Shown: positions 63,393-64,000 of the stretch, in pieces
Layout: the number at the start of each line of letters is the position of its first letter
Numbering within the stretch: position 1 is the stretch's first letter
Assembly (NCBI GenBank): GCA_032073745.1
Contig: DAMAMW010000009.1
Coordinates: 17,533 to 81,532, forward strand
Length of the DNA stretch: 64,000 nt
Reading direction: 5' to 3'
DNA from: Lachnospiraceae bacterium
Lineage (GTDB): Bacteria; Bacillota; Clostridia; Lachnospirales; Lachnospiraceae
Notes under the pieces: model-generated
Seen by the model: the letters and a program-made list of their open reading frames with translations, nothing else
What the model was told of the DNA's origin: nothing
The model's database searches: none
Program-made: the position numbers and the translations under genes

Positions 63393-63983
63393 TTATAAAC
63401 AAAGAACCGCAACAACACTGCTGATCGCAAGGAACAATATCATAAGTAAATACAGTGATAACATCGGCGTATACATCCGTCTTGGAACTAGCTGCTTATA
63501 TTTTGCATACTCTTCCGGGAAAAGTTTCTCCAGTTCACCGGTTTCTTCAAACCGTGAATTGAGCGATACTACAACGATGATCACTGCCCCGATCAGATAA
63601 CCGATCACCCAGGCAGAAGAAAACCACAAGCCTGCCTGCAGACAGACAAATCCGGTATACATCGGATGTCTTCGCTGGGCATATACACCATCCGTTAACA
63701 GCCGCTCCGGTTTTCTTGTTGTCATATTCTGCGCTGTGTGATTTTGTTTTGTTGTCCGCGAAACGAGTATCGCACCATAGATAAACAACGGACATCCGAA
63801 AATGATCTGTATCCCCTGGGGAATCGGAACCAGAACTGTACCCATCCGCCAATAAGCCAGATTCACAATAGCTCCAGGTGTGAAAATATTAGAAAGGAAC
63901 GTAATCACAATTATAAGTACTGCATATAAAATGGCACTTATCACTCCAACTATTACGACTTTCCCCTTTGCAACAGTACTCAA
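63393..63983 (-). CDS. isoprenylcysteine carboxyl methyltransferase / PEMT-like membrane methyltransferase
   Basis: Multi-TM protein with an RRHPMYTG motif and a downstream EE...YK segment. Confidence 0.7.
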   Translation of the reverse strand: MSTVAKGKVVIVGVISAILYAVLIIVITFLSNIFTPGAIVNLAYWRMGTVLVPIPQGIQIIFGCPLFIYGAILVSRTTKQNHTAQNMTTRKPERLLTDGVYAQRRHPMYTGFVCLQAGLWFSSAWVIGYLIGAVIIVVVSLNSRFEETGELEKLFPEEYAKYKQLVPRRMYTPMLSLYLLMILFLAISSVVAVLCL

Positions 63984-64000
63984 AACAGCCCACCTCCCAA

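Overview
This is a chromosomal window from a Clostridia-like Firmicute. Supporting signs are a clostridial 2x[4Fe-4S] ferredoxin, gdpP-rplI-dnaB synteny, strong AGGAGG-type ribosome-binding sites and TGA used as a stop codon. I call about 69 densely packed CDS and saw no rRNA, tRNA or CRISPR array. All family calls come from motifs read by eye in the supplied translations; no database search was possible.

Content from left to right:
- Ferredoxin (missed by the ORF track), a C26 amidotransferase and a MerR regulator.
- An ABC permease/ATPase operon that also carries a coiled-coil protein, a membrane-anchored PspA-like protein and a binding protein fused to an OmpA domain.
- A 312-bp palindrome with perfect 76-bp arms, then dnaB-rplI-gdpP.
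- A structured leader in front of a DUF4317-like gene, and an AT-rich islet carrying an AbiD/F-type abortive-infection gene.
- A long nucleoside uptake and phosphorolysis operon ending in an MtnA-type isomerase and a class II aldolase, with a divergent HutC/GntR regulator.
- LysR and proB, then a SigV/RsiV-like ECF sigma pair.
- An AraC fusion protein, DegV, MerR/GyrI and a YcaQ-type glycosylase.
- A TctABC transporter locus whose GntR operator is repeated three times.
- A MerR-MFS pair, Rrf2 with O-acetylhomoserine sulfhydrylase, and a MerR-controlled flavodoxin/AKR/ADH detoxification operon.
- HxlR with DJ-1, and an aminotransferase preceded by a tandem 26-bp repeat.
- Two Rpn/PD-(D/E)XK genes. 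One has an in-frame TGA and a tandemly duplicated C-terminal mini-gene.
- An Opp-type importer with an enolase-superfamily enzyme and a LUD protein, followed by a mixed accessory tail (XRE, GNATs, HxlR/flavin reductase, RibD-C, ICMT).

The observations I rate most worth following up are the nucleoside-to-isomerase/aldolase locus, the ABC-PspA-OmpA operon, the giant palindrome, the structured leader at about 11.3 kb and the Rpn loci.
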